Below are positions 45,141 through 55,408 of a DNA stretch of 64,000 nucleotides, one piece after another (within the stretch, counting starts at the first letter, position 1; each line of letters opens with the position of its first letter). Origin of the DNA: Chitinophaga pinensis (GTDB taxonomy: Bacteria; Bacteroidota; Bacteroidia; UKL13-3). The notes beneath the pieces are model-generated. The model was not told where the DNA came from and searched no databases. It worked only from the letters and a program-made list of their open reading frames with translations. The DNA is taken from the NCBI GenBank assembly GCA_945870425.1, contig CAMBSD010000017.1, positions 8,884 to 72,883 on the forward strand, in the 5' to 3' direction. The position numbers were made by a program, and so were the translations under genes.

Positions 45141-45710
45141 ATGAATGAAGAAAAAGATTTTTTGAATGTATATGCTGAGCAAACTCCTAATCCCGAGACG
45201 ATGAAGTTTGTTTTTAATAAAATGATTTTGCCAGATGATGCTCTAGATTTTCCGAATCAAAAAGCAGCACAGGTTTCTCCTTTAGCCAAAAGTTTATTTG
45301 AATTCAGTTTTGTAAATGGCGTTTTTATTATGAATAATTTCATTACCATAACCAGGGTGGCCGGATCCGAATGGGAAGAAATTATTCCAATAATAAAAGA
45401 ATTTTTGAAAGCCTATGTGGAAGCTGACGAAACCATTGTGCATAAAACAGATAGGTCAAGCATTCCGGGTGCGGATAATATTATTGTGGCTCAAATTTTA
45501 GATATTTTGGATACCTATGTGAAGCCTGCGGTTGAAACAGATGGAGGTATGATCAGTTTTAAGTCGTTTGAGGACGGTGTGGTTACTGTACAAATGAAAG
45601 GTTCGTGTAGTGGTTGCCCATCTTCAACTGTTACGCTGAAACGCGGAATTGAAGGCATGCTAACCCGCATGATTCCTGAAGTGAAAGAGGTTGTAGCTGA
45701 AGCTGTATAA
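45141..45710 (+). CDS. NifU/Nfu-type Fe-S cluster assembly protein
   Basis: C-terminal NifU domain with CxxC (GSCSGCPSSTVTLKRGIEGML). Nfu N-terminal domain. Confidence 0.85.
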   Translation: MNEEKDFLNVYAEQTPNPETMKFVFNKMILPDDALDFPNQKAAQVSPLAKSLFEFSFVNGVFIMNNFITITRVAGSEWEEIIPIIKEFLKAYVEADETIVHKTDRSSIPGADNIIVAQILDILDTYVKPAVETDGGMISFKSFEDGVVTVQMKGSCSGCPSSTVTLKRGIEGMLTRMIPEVKEVVAEAV

Positions 45711-45724
45711 TACGCCCAAGCATA

Positions 45725-45762
45725 AAAAAGCCCATTTGAAAATTTTCAAATGGGCTTTTTTA
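45725..45762. terminator. Bidirectional rho-independent terminator between nifU-like (+) and GT2 (-)
   Basis: aaaaaagcccatttgaaaattttcaaatgggctttttt. A-run on one side, T-run on the other. Confidence 0.75.
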
Positions 45763-45796
45763 ATTCATTTAATTGAGAATAGTTTGTCAAAAAAAT

Positions 45797-46918
45797 CTAG
45801 TAATTTCTGTTTTTCCAATCCATTTTTTTTGCAGAAAAATAGAAAGCAAGTACAGCGCTGCTGCTAATAATATAATAGGGTTCTAATAGCAATAAATCCA
45901 AGTATCTGGTTTTAAGTTTAAGCCTACTGTTAAGTAATATAATTATAAATGATTGAAGCAAAAATTTCAAAGACCACATCACCAAGGCAGACTGCAAAGA
46001 GAAGAAGGCCAAAATAAAAACCATTAGATAGAATGATCCAAATACCACGAAAATAAACTTCCAAATTAAGTTTAACTCTCTTGCGCCAATGAGCCAACGC
46101 TTGCGCTGATGTAAGAATTGATTGAATTGGGTTTGGGCATTTGAAAAATTTAAACTTTCAACTTTTAAAGTGTTTTTAGTTTGATAACCTGCTTTGCGAA
46201 ATGTGTCGAACAACTTGAAATCTTCAGTCACCGAAAAATCTATGTTTTCATAGCCACCCACACTGAAATAAGCTTCTCTTGTATATGACATATTATTGCC
46301 AACTGCGGTACCTTTCAAACCCAATTTATCGAATGCTATTAATAATCCTGATGAATAGAGCCATTCAAGACCCTGCATTCTCTCAAAAAGAGTTTCCCCC
46401 TTCACGATGGTAGTGCCCGAGACAATGGCAATATTTGGATTGTCAAATTCATTTACTAAAGTCATTAACCAATCTGGTTTAACCGCTATATCTGCATCTG
46501 TTACTGCAAATATTTCCCCTTTAGCAAAATGCGCTAAATTAGCTAAGACATTGGCCTTAGCCTTTGCTTTGCCCAAGTTTTCTGTAATTGGAATGAGTTT
46601 GAAATTGGTTCTTGATTGAATCAAATTTTGAACTATTTCAGCGGATTTGTCAGTTGAAGAGTCATCACCTATCAATACTTCAAATTTGTTTTGTGGGTAG
46701 TTCAACTCAAAAATACTTTCGATACATCTATGTATTTGATGTGCTTCATTCCTTGCAGGAATGAGGATGCTTACAAAAGGCAGCTTATTTAAATCATCGT
46801 TTGTTACATACTTCTTTTTTTGTTTCTCTTCATGGTTTTGCAAGGTAATACAAAGTGTAACTTGTATTAAAACAAATACATATACAAAAAAAATAGCGAT
46901 GAGTTCTATGTATAGCAT
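45797..46918 (-). CDS. Membrane glycosyltransferase family 2
   Basis: GT2 motifs (ILIPARNE, DDSSTDKS, DADI). N- and C-terminal TM helices. 373 aa. Confidence 0.8.
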   Translation of the reverse strand: MLYIELIAIFFVYVFVLIQVTLCITLQNHEEKQKKKYVTNDDLNKLPFVSILIPARNEAHQIHRCIESIFELNYPQNKFEVLIGDDSSTDKSAEIVQNLIQSRTNFKLIPITENLGKAKAKANVLANLAHFAKGEIFAVTDADIAVKPDWLMTLVNEFDNPNIAIVSGTTIVKGETLFERMQGLEWLYSSGLLIAFDKLGLKGTAVGNNMSYTREAYFSVGGYENIDFSVTEDFKLFDTFRKAGYQTKNTLKVESLNFSNAQTQFNQFLHQRKRWLIGARELNLIWKFIFVVFGSFYLMVFILAFFSLQSALVMWSLKFLLQSFIIILLNSRLKLKTRYLDLLLLEPYYIISSSAVLAFYFSAKKMDWKNRNY

Positions 46919-46920
46919 GC

Positions 46921-47538
46921 TTATTTCTTGCCTAAACTATCAAACGTATAACCAAGCTCGCTAAAATGCATGAGCAATTGTGGCAATAGAATTTTTAAAT
47001 TTTTTTCTGCCTTTTCACTGTCGTGGAAAACAAAAATATGACCCGTACTTACATTTTTTTTCATGGCATCTAGGCTTTCATTGATATCAAGCTTGGGGTC
47101 AAAATCTCGACTCAGCTTGTCCCACATAATAATCTGATAAGTTTTTTTAATGTGATTTAGTTGTGTAAGGCTTAGCTTTCCAAATGGTGGTCTAAATAGA
47201 GAAGAGTCAATATACTTGGCACATAAATATATGTTTTCGAAATAACTTTTATGGTTATGCTTCCAACCGTTGATATGATTGAAGGTGTGATTGCCAACAG
47301 CATGCCCTTCATCCAATATTCGCTTATAAGTTTCAGGGTATTTACTGACATTATCTCCTACACAAAAAAAGCTTGCTTTGGCTTGGTATTTAGCCAATTC
47401 ATCCAAAACCCATGCTGTTATGTCAGGATGTGGTCCATCATCAAAAGTAAAGTACAATTTCTTATCATTGGTTTTTACCTTCCATGTGCAAGATTTGCCC
47501 ATTAGTTGAACTAATTGTGGTATTGTGTATCGAAACAT
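46921..47538 (-). CDS. Polysaccharide deacetylase (NodB homology domain)
   Basis: TFDDGPHPD motif. 205 aa. Immediately upstream of and co-oriented with the GT2 gene. Confidence 0.8.
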   Translation of the reverse strand: MFRYTIPQLVQLMGKSCTWKVKTNDKKLYFTFDDGPHPDITAWVLDELAKYQAKASFFCVGDNVSKYPETYKRILDEGHAVGNHTFNHINGWKHNHKSYFENIYLCAKYIDSSLFRPPFGKLSLTQLNHIKKTYQIIMWDKLSRDFDPKLDINESLDAMKKNVSTGHIFVFHDSEKAEKNLKILLPQLLMHFSELGYTFDSLGKK

Positions 47539-47594
47539 TATTTTTGTTAACGTTAAGCAAAAATAGTTTTAGCCATTAAAATAAAAATAAAACT

Positions 47595-49034
47595 TTGAAA
47601 ACATTTATCAAAATTAGCATTAGCGCTTTTGCTCTTATTATCAGTACCAGCTTACAAGCCCAGAAATCATGGACTTTGGAGGAGTGCATTAATCAGGCCA
47701 TCAGCAGCAACATACAAATTCAACAGCAAGCGCTACTAACCCAAAGCGCCAAAGCTGATGTGTTACAAAGTAAATTACAAGCTGCTCCGAGTATTAATGG
47801 CTCGGCTGCCAACAATTGGCAAACGGGTTTCAATATCAATCCTAAGACCAATTTACCTGAAGAAAATCTAGCTTTTAGAACCAATTCATTTGGAGCTTCG
47901 GCTAATATGCCTTTGTTTAATGGTTTTCAAACTGTAAATAATATGCGCTTGAAGGAAAGTGATTATAAAGCCAGCCAGTTTGAATTGGAGAATACTAAAA
48001 ATACAATAAGTTTAAATGTAGCCAATGCATATCTATCAGCTTTGCAACAAACAGAGATTTTGGCTGCCTCTAGCTCGCAAGCTGATGCCACCAGAAAAAT
48101 ATTAGAAAGACAACAAAAACTGTATGATTTAGGTGGCTTGAATCGCAGTAAACTATTACAATTGAAAGCCCAATTGTCGAACGAAGAGTATGCCATCATT
48201 AATAACCAAGCTAATTTGAATCAAGCTTACCTTAATCTATGGCAACTGATAAATGTTGAACCTAATGATAAAAATAGCATCGAAAAGCCAAACCAAATGA
48301 CACTTGATGTGAAAGACGAGGTGAAAACTGTAGATGCAATTTATAATGAATTTGAAAAACGCAGTCCTGATGTGGTGGCTGCACAACATCGTTTGCGTTC
48401 AGCTGATTTGCAGCACTATGTGGCCCTTGGTGGTCGTAGTGTGAGGTTAAGTGTTACTGGAACTGCGAGTTCATTTTATACGACATTAGGAGTTACAAGT
48501 CAATTTGCAACCATAAATAATCCTCCTATTGGCTATTATCTTGACGGGACTGGGGCAAAACAAAGTGTGTTTTCAACTTCATCTTTCAGTATTCCTGTAA
48601 GCAGTGTTGAAACTCCTTTTGCTGATCAATTTAAAAAGAATTTTGGAACGAGTTTGGGGTTAACTTTAAGTGTTCCCATTTTCAATGGATGGAATGTAAA
48701 TACCAATATACAAAAGGCAAATATCCAACAGATGAATGCCAAGCTCAACGAAAAACAAGTGAAGTTGAATGTTTATAAAAATGTCAACCAATCGTATTTA
48801 AATTTTAAAAATGCTATCAAGCGTTATGAAGCTTCTCAAGAAACTATGGATGCCAATAAAGAGGCTTATGAAATCAGTGAAAAGCAATTTGAATTAGGTG
48901 CTTTGAACATAAGCGATTATATTTCATCGAAAAACAGTTTTAATAAATCTCAAAACGATTATTTACAAGCCAAATACGAAGTGGTGTTTAGGCGTAAAGT
49001 CCTTGATTTTTATGAAGGAAAACCATTAAAATAA
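47595..49034 (+). CDS. TolC-family outer-membrane efflux protein
   Basis: 479 aa. Signal peptide. Two-repeat OEP architecture, Q/N/L-rich coiled segments. Confidence 0.85.
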   Translation: MKTFIKISISAFALIISTSLQAQKSWTLEECINQAISSNIQIQQQALLTQSAKADVLQSKLQAAPSINGSAANNWQTGFNINPKTNLPEENLAFRTNSFGASANMPLFNGFQTVNNMRLKESDYKASQFELENTKNTISLNVANAYLSALQQTEILAASSSQADATRKILERQQKLYDLGGLNRSKLLQLKAQLSNEEYAIINNQANLNQAYLNLWQLINVEPNDKNSIEKPNQMTLDVKDEVKTVDAIYNEFEKRSPDVVAAQHRLRSADLQHYVALGGRSVRLSVTGTASSFYTTLGVTSQFATINNPPIGYYLDGTGAKQSVFSTSSFSIPVSSVETPFADQFKKNFGTSLGLTLSVPIFNGWNVNTNIQKANIQQMNAKLNEKQVKLNVYKNVNQSYLNFKNAIKRYEASQETMDANKEAYEISEKQFELGALNISDYISSKNSFNKSQNDYLQAKYEVVFRRKVLDFYEGKPLK

Positions 49035-49137
49035 ATATTGAATTGTTGATTGGGTATTCCCCTTCCGTTAGCTAACGGAGGTTAGGGGTGGGTTTAAACA
49101 AATTGTAAACATAAACTTTTAATTAAAAATTAAAAAA

Positions 49138-50472
49138 ATGAAAAAGAATAAAAAGTTAATATACTTGTTGACTGGTGTCGTTGTTTTGATAGTCATTGCT
49201 GTGGTCGCCCGTAAAGCAGGCTGGGTTGGTGGAGATGAAGGCACAAAAGTAAGCATGGCTAAGGTGGAGAAAAAGACCATCATTGAGACTGTATCTGCTA
49301 ATGGCAAGGTGCAGCCCGAAATTGAAATCAAGATTAGTTCTGATGTGAGTGGTGAGATAAAAGAATTGTATATACACGAAGGTGATTCTGTTTATGCAGG
49401 ACAATTGCTAGCCCGCATCGATCCTGAGTTGTATCAATCATCTTTGGATAGGGCAGAGGCATCTCTGAATAATGCAAAAGCCAACAATGCCAATGCCAAA
49501 GCTCGTTTGCTGCAGTCGGAGGCTAAGTTTTCTGAGATAGAAAAGTCATACAGCCGTAATAAAAACATGCACGACCAAAAGCTGATTTCAGATGCAGAGT
49601 TTGATGCTTCTAAATCTGCATACCTAACAGCTAAGGCTGATGTTGAAGCATCAAGACAAACCATTGTAGGAGCTGAGTTTAATGTTAAGAGTTTTGAAGC
49701 AGGATTGAAAGAAGCTCGCAAAAACTTAACTCGTACTGAAATATTTGCACCTAACAGCGGCATCGTTTCCAAATTGAATGTAGAAAAAGGAGAGCGTGTG
49801 GTGGGAACATCTCAAATGGCTGGAACAGAAATGATGCGCATAGCCAACCTGAATGATATGGAGGTGAGTGTGGATGTGAACGAGAATGATATCGTAAAAG
49901 TAAGCATTGGTGATACCACCATGGTGGAGGTAGATGCTTATGGTAATAGAAAGTTTAAGGGTGTGGTGACAGAGATTGCCAATTCGGCCACCTCAAGTGC
50001 TGCAAGTACGAGCGACCAAGTAACCAATTTTGTTGTTAAAATTCGCATACTTCGTTCAAGCTATGCTGATTTGATGAAACAAAAAAAGAATGGAGTTTTT
50101 AAACCAGGCATGACTGCCAGTGTGGATATTCAAACTGAAATTGCCAAAGATGTGATAGCCGTCCCTATTGAAGCAGTGACGGTGCGAAACAAAGAAGCTT
50201 TGGATACCACAAGCAATGAAACAACAAGCAGTAAAAACACTGAATCAACTAAAAACGATTTGGAAGTGGTGTTTTTGAACAATACCAACAAAGCCAGCAT
50301 CAGATCTGTATCCACAGGTATTCAAGACGATAAATGGATTGAAGTAAAAGAGGGATTGACTGAGAAAGATGAAGTAATTAGCGGTCCTTTCAATATTGTT
50401 TCAAAAACTTTGAAGCATGGCGACAAACTAAAAAAAGTGAGCCGTGAAGAATTGTTTGAAGTGAAGAAATAG
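49138..50472 (+). CDS. HlyD/MacA-family periplasmic adaptor (membrane fusion protein)
   Basis: N-terminal TM anchor. Long coiled-coil. Lipoyl/beta-barrel domains. 444 aa. Confidence 0.85.
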   Translation: MKKNKKLIYLLTGVVVLIVIAVVARKAGWVGGDEGTKVSMAKVEKKTIIETVSANGKVQPEIEIKISSDVSGEIKELYIHEGDSVYAGQLLARIDPELYQSSLDRAEASLNNAKANNANAKARLLQSEAKFSEIEKSYSRNKNMHDQKLISDAEFDASKSAYLTAKADVEASRQTIVGAEFNVKSFEAGLKEARKNLTRTEIFAPNSGIVSKLNVEKGERVVGTSQMAGTEMMRIANLNDMEVSVDVNENDIVKVSIGDTTMVEVDAYGNRKFKGVVTEIANSATSSAASTSDQVTNFVVKIRILRSSYADLMKQKKNGVFKPGMTASVDIQTEIAKDVIAVPIEAVTVRNKEALDTTSNETTSSKNTESTKNDLEVVFLNNTNKASIRSVSTGIQDDKWIEVKEGLTEKDEVISGPFNIVSKTLKHGDKLKKVSREELFEVKK

Positions 50473-50605
50473 TTACGATTTGAAAATGTGTGAATGCACA
50501 GATGTGTGAATGTGTGTATTTGAGAATGTGAGAGTGGGTATACAAATTTATTTTGGTTGAGTTGTCAGTTGTTGTGTCTCCTGACCAAAAAATATAAGCG
50601 AGCAG

Positions 50606-51217
50606 CTAGCCCAAAACCCCTTTTCCTTCTCTCACCACTACAATTTCTTCTTCGGTGCAATCAACTATGGTGGATGGAACAATATCACCCACTCCGCCAT
50701 CAATCACACAATCCACTTGGTATTCAAATTTATCATGAATTTCAGTAGGGTCGGTCATATAATCTACTATCACATCATCGTGATGAATGGTGGTAGCCAC
50801 AAGTGGAACGCCTAATTCGCTAATAATGGCTTGGGCTATGGCATTGTTGGGCACACGGATACCAATGGTTTTCTTGTTACCTGCAAAATATTTAGTTACG
50901 TTGTTGTTTGCTTTCAAAATAAAAGTGAATGCACCAGGTAGGTTGTTTTTCATCAACCTGAAAACAGCCTTGTCAAGCACGGCTGTATATTCTGCAATGT
51001 GCGATAAACTCTCACAAATCAAAGAGAAATTTACTTTCTCAACCTTTTTGCCCGTAATCTTACACATGCGCTCAATGGCTTTTTTGCTATCTAGTCTGCA
51101 GCCCATGGCATAAATGGTATCCGTTGGAAAAATAATCACCCCATCTTTATTCAAGATGTCGATTACCTTTTTCAAATCTCGGGGGTTTGGATTTTTTGAG
51201 TGCAGTTCGAGTATCAT
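50606..51217 (-). CDS. L-threonylcarbamoyladenylate synthase family (Sua5/YciO/YrdC)
   Basis: YrdC domain motifs (IIFPTDTIYAMGC, IGIRVPNN). 203 aa. Confidence 0.85.
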   Translation of the reverse strand: MILELHSKNPNPRDLKKVIDILNKDGVIIFPTDTIYAMGCRLDSKKAIERMCKITGKKVEKVNFSLICESLSHIAEYTAVLDKAVFRLMKNNLPGAFTFILKANNNVTKYFAGNKKTIGIRVPNNAIAQAIISELGVPLVATTIHHDDVIVDYMTDPTEIHDKFEYQVDCVIDGGVGDIVPSTIVDCTEEEIVVVREGKGVLG

Positions 51218-51678
51218 TATTTAACCGAATTTAATTTTGAGCTTTGGATGTAGTTTGTGTCCACACTAATAACGGCAGAGTGTGGCAAAGAGTCGACCAT
51301 ATATTTTTTGAGTTTGAGGTCTTCCATATTCAAGTTCTCTAGCACTTTTACATAGATGCTATCCATATCGGCAGGGTTGTTTAAGTAGTATTGAAAAGTG
51401 TTATTGAAATCATTGGCTGTCACAGCATATTTCCTATAAATGAAATCATAATAATCGCTTGAAAGTTTTTTTGCAGAATCAGCCGCTAAATTTTTTTGGT
51501 TAATAAGCGCATCCACAAAATGTAATTCACTTAGCATCTGTTGCATTTTTTCAGGTGATACCAAGTTGTTTGGTTTTTCGGCTGTGTTTTGTTTTCCATC
51601 CTGACAAGCGAAGAGCCCCATCAAAAAAGCCGATAAAATCAATGACAGAAATATTTTGTTATTATTCAACATAAGCAT
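51217..51678 (-). CDS. Hypothetical lipoprotein (DUF4296-like?)
   Basis: Lipobox LMGLFACQDG after an internal Met (MLMLNNNK...). The track ORF extends further upstream to 51738. Confidence 0.5.
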   Translation of the reverse strand: MLMLNNNKIFLSLILSAFLMGLFACQDGKQNTAEKPNNLVSPEKMQQMLSELHFVDALINQKNLAADSAKKLSSDYYDFIYRKYAVTANDFNNTFQYYLNNPADMDSIYVKVLENLNMEDLKLKKYMVDSLPHSAVISVDTNYIQSSKLNSVK

Positions 51679-51694
51679 TTTAATTTCGCACAGT

Positions 51695-52351
51695 ATGATA
51701 GCTGCAAATATTGATAAAATAAAGCAACAAATAGGCATGGGTGTGCAACTAATTGCTGTAAGTAAAACAAAGCCCCTGCCAATGCTAATGGAGGCCTATC
51801 AGGCAGGGCAGAGAGCATTTGGTGAAAATAAGGTGCAAGAGCTATTGGCTAAGCAAGCCGAAATGCCTGCCGATGTGGAGTGGCATTTGATTGGTCATTT
51901 GCAAAGCAATAAGGTTAAGCCGATTGCACCTTTTGTGTATTTAATTCATTCGGTAGATGGATTTAAGCTATTGGAGGTGATTAATAAAGAAGCTCTTAAA
52001 AATAACCGTGTTATCAATTGCTTGTTGCAGATTTTCATTGCTGATGAAGAAACCAAATTTGGTTTGTCTGAAGCAGAGGCCGAAGAATTGGTGCATAGCA
52101 CTGCTTTTGAGCAAATGGCAAACATTAAGATTGTTGGTTTGATGGGTATGGCAACTAATACAGATGACGAGACCAAAATAACAGCAGAATTCAAAGGTCT
52201 AAAAATCTTTTTTGATAGATTGAAAGAACATCGCAGCGCTAACTTCGAACTCTCAATCCTAAGCATGGGGATGAGCAGCGATTATATGCTGGCTGTGGAA
52301 GCGGGAAGCAATATGGTTAGAGTTGGGAGCTCTATATTTGGAACGAGATAA
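51695..52351 (+). CDS. yggS: YggS-family pyridoxal-phosphate homeostasis protein
   Basis: HLIGHLQSNK motif. Alanine-racemase N-terminal fold. Start taken at MIAANIDKIKQQ. Confidence 0.88.
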   Translation: MIAANIDKIKQQIGMGVQLIAVSKTKPLPMLMEAYQAGQRAFGENKVQELLAKQAEMPADVEWHLIGHLQSNKVKPIAPFVYLIHSVDGFKLLEVINKEALKNNRVINCLLQIFIADEETKFGLSEAEAEELVHSTAFEQMANIKIVGLMGMATNTDDETKITAEFKGLKIFFDRLKEHRSANFELSILSMGMSSDYMLAVEAGSNMVRVGSSIFGTR

Positions 52352-52424
52352 AATTGATGGCAATTAGCTCTGAGAAATTTATTTGATAAATCCCTCAAAA
52401 GTGTCCATTTTTGAAGCCAATTAA

Positions 52425-53813
52425 TTGAGTATGAAAATAGAACAATTGTATACAAACTGCTTAGCACAAGCAGCTTACTATATTGAGTCAGATGGAGAGG
52501 TAGCTATCATTGATCCATTGCGCGATTACCAGATGTATATTGATAAAGCGGCTGCAGATGGGGCAACCATTAAATATATTTTTGAAACACATTTTCATGC
52601 TGACTTTGTAAGTGGACATATCGATTTGGCTAATAAAACGGGTGCTAAAATAGTTTATGGACCCACCACGCAAACCAGTTATCCAATTCATGTAGCTGAG
52701 GATGGGGAATTATTGCCTTTGGGTAAAATAAAAATAAAGGTACTTCATACACCCGGACACACACCTGAAAGTTCCTCTTTTTTATTGATTGATGAAAAGG
52801 GTAAAGACCATAGCGTTTTTACGGGTGATACCCTTTTTGTAGGTGATGTTGGAAGGCCAGATTTGTTAGATGGAATTATGACCAAAGAGCAGTTGGCAGG
52901 GATGATGTATCATTCATTGAAAAAACTTATAGCCTTAGCTGACGAGGTAATTGTTTATCCCGCTCATGGTTCCGGAAGTGCGTGTGGTAAAAACATTGGT
53001 AAAGAAACTTTTAGTACCATCGGTCAACAAAAGGGAAATAATTATGCTTTACAACCTATGACTGAAAGCGAGTTTATTGATATTGTAACTGATGGTATCT
53101 CTCCTGCACCTGCCTATTTCTTCAAGGATGCTAAATTGAACAAACAAGGTTATGTCAGTTTTGAAGAAGTGATTGAAAGAGGTTCTAAAGCCTTAAGTGC
53201 AGTTGAATTTGATGAAGCAATAAAAAAAGGTGCTAATATTATTGATACCCGATTGCCAGATAATTTTGAATTAGGCTTCATACCAGGAGCAATTAATTTT
53301 GGATTGAATGGACAATACGCCATATGGGCTGCTACCATCCTTGATATACATGCTCCCATTTTATTGGTTGCCAAACCGGGCACTGAAAAAGAATCACTAG
53401 AACGCTTAACCCGTGTTGGTTTTGATAATATCATTGGATACCTAGATGGTGGTTTTGAAGCTTGGGTTGGTGCTGACAAAAAATATGATATGGTGATTTC
53501 CATATCTGCTGAAGAGTTGGCTCTGGACTCAAAACATAATCCCAATGCAAAGATAGTGGATGTGAGAAAACCTACCGAGTTCAAGACAGCTCATGTAAAA
53601 GTAGCTGAAAATATTTCTTTGGCTGAATTGCCCCAACAAGTTGAAAGCCTTGATAAATCAGGCGAATATTTGATTCATTGTGCAGGTGGATACAGAAGCA
53701 TGGTGGCCGCTAGTTTTATGAAATCAAAAGGCATCCGCAATGTGAAAAATGTGTGGGGCGGTTTTGATATGATTAAAAAAGAAGAAGTAGAGATTATAGA
53801 AGCTAAGGCTTAA
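52425..53813 (+). CDS. MBL-fold persulfide dioxygenase fused to two rhodanese domains (CstB-like)
   Basis: THFHADFVSGH metal-binding motif. Second rhodanese has the active Cys (CAGGYRS). First rhodanese lacks Cys. Confidence 0.8.
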   Translation: MSMKIEQLYTNCLAQAAYYIESDGEVAIIDPLRDYQMYIDKAAADGATIKYIFETHFHADFVSGHIDLANKTGAKIVYGPTTQTSYPIHVAEDGELLPLGKIKIKVLHTPGHTPESSSFLLIDEKGKDHSVFTGDTLFVGDVGRPDLLDGIMTKEQLAGMMYHSLKKLIALADEVIVYPAHGSGSACGKNIGKETFSTIGQQKGNNYALQPMTESEFIDIVTDGISPAPAYFFKDAKLNKQGYVSFEEVIERGSKALSAVEFDEAIKKGANIIDTRLPDNFELGFIPGAINFGLNGQYAIWAATILDIHAPILLVAKPGTEKESLERLTRVGFDNIIGYLDGGFEAWVGADKKYDMVISISAEELALDSKHNPNAKIVDVRKPTEFKTAHVKVAENISLAELPQQVESLDKSGEYLIHCAGGYRSMVAASFMKSKGIRNVKNVWGGFDMIKKEEVEIIEAKA

Positions 53814-53959
53814 ATTGGATTTGCCTTATAACGTTTAATGCAAAACTTATTCAATTGCAGTGTTTATAAAAGTCAGTCAGAGTCATTATTTCCTTTCGTT
53901 TTTTATTGTTTTATTTGCTAAAGCATATACCAAGAAATAAACCTTACAAACAAATAACT

Positions 53960-55363
53960 ATGTATACCATTAAATTTGGAACAGACGGCTGGCGAGGAAT
54001 CATTGCCGATGAATTTACAGTTGAAAATGTTAAACGTGTAGCACAGGGTACAGCCCAATACATTAAAAATAAACATTCTGATAACTTAAGCATTGTGCTG
54101 GGCCATGATTGTCGTTTTGCAGGTGAGTTGTTTGCCGAAACTACTGCCAAAGTAATGTGTGCCAACGGTATTAAAGTAAAATTGGCCAAAAATTTTGTTA
54201 GCACACCTATGATAAGTTTAGGTGCTGTTAAACACAAAGCCGCTTTAGGAGTCATTATAACTGCTAGTCACAATCCCCCTGAATACAACGGTTTTAAATT
54301 AAAAGCTCATTATGGCGGTCCTTCTAGCCCTTCTACTATTGATGAAGTGGAAAAAGCCATACCTGAAACAGTTAATGCCAATCTGAAATCAATGGAAGAA
54401 TTGATAAATGAAGGCATGATTACTTATGTTGATTTAGAAACTCTTTATATTGACGAGGTTAAAAGTGGTTTTGATTTAAACGCCATTAAAGAGTGTGGCA
54501 AAAAATGGGGTTATGATGCCATGTATGGAGCGGGTCAAAATGTTATGAAAAACATTTTCCCGGAAATTACCTTATTGCACTGCGATTATAATCCAAGTTT
54601 TAGAGGACAAGCACCTGAACCTATTCATAAAAACTTAAAAGAATTTAGTGCATTAATCGAAGCGAGTAAAAACATCGATTGCGGATTGGTTACGGATGGA
54701 GACGCGGATAGGATAGGGCTTTATAATAAAGCGGGTAAATTTGTAGATTCACATCACATTATTTTGTTATTGGTGCATTACCTTCATAAATACAAAGGTT
54801 TGGATGGAAAAGTAATTACCACTTTCAGTGCCACATCAAAAATCACCAAATTAGCTGAAGCTTATGGATTACCAATTGAAATTACCAAGATTGGTTTCAA
54901 ATACATCTGCGAAAAAATGGTTACCGAAAACGTGTTAGTAGGTGGGGAAGAGAGTGGTGGAATTGCTATTAAAGGATTTATTCCGGAGCGTGATGGTATA
55001 TGGATAGGCCTTACTTTATGGGAGTTTATGGCCAAAACAGGTAAAAGTTTGGATGAATTAATACAAGAAGTATATGATGTGGTTGGAAGCTTCTCTATGG
55101 GAAGAATAGACTTACATATTACCGAAGAAATTAAACAAAATGTTTTGGCCAATTGTAAGTCAGGTAAATACACTACCTTTGGCAACTATTCAATTGAAAA
55201 AACTGAAGACTTAGATGGATTTAAATTCCATTTTGGAAACGGAGAATGGGTAATGATTCGCGCAAGCGGAACAGAGCCAGTTCTAAGGGTTTACAGTGAA
55301 TCTTCAACTGAAGAGAAAGCCAATGCTGTTTTGCAAGCTTGCAAACAAACAATTTTGGCTTAA
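53960..55363 (+). CDS. Phosphoglucomutase/phosphomannomutase-family protein
   Basis: GTDGWRG start region. Active-site TASHNPPEYNGFK. Start taken at MYTIKFGTDG, 54 nt downstream of the track start. Confidence 0.85.
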   Translation: MYTIKFGTDGWRGIIADEFTVENVKRVAQGTAQYIKNKHSDNLSIVLGHDCRFAGELFAETTAKVMCANGIKVKLAKNFVSTPMISLGAVKHKAALGVIITASHNPPEYNGFKLKAHYGGPSSPSTIDEVEKAIPETVNANLKSMEELINEGMITYVDLETLYIDEVKSGFDLNAIKECGKKWGYDAMYGAGQNVMKNIFPEITLLHCDYNPSFRGQAPEPIHKNLKEFSALIEASKNIDCGLVTDGDADRIGLYNKAGKFVDSHHIILLLVHYLHKYKGLDGKVITTFSATSKITKLAEAYGLPIEITKIGFKYICEKMVTENVLVGGEESGGIAIKGFIPERDGIWIGLTLWEFMAKTGKSLDELIQEVYDVVGSFSMGRIDLHITEEIKQNVLANCKSGKYTTFGNYSIEKTEDLDGFKFHFGNGEWVMIRASGTEPVLRVYSESSTEEKANAVLQACKQTILA

Positions 55364-55408
55364 TTCGACTTTATAGAAGTATTATATTTGGAGTATCAAT
55401 AAAATTAA

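Noticed and set aside
50483-50537. Short run of atgtgtgaatg-like repeats after the MFP gene
   Set aside because: Too short and degenerate to call a defined element. Mentioned in the TolC/MFP finding.
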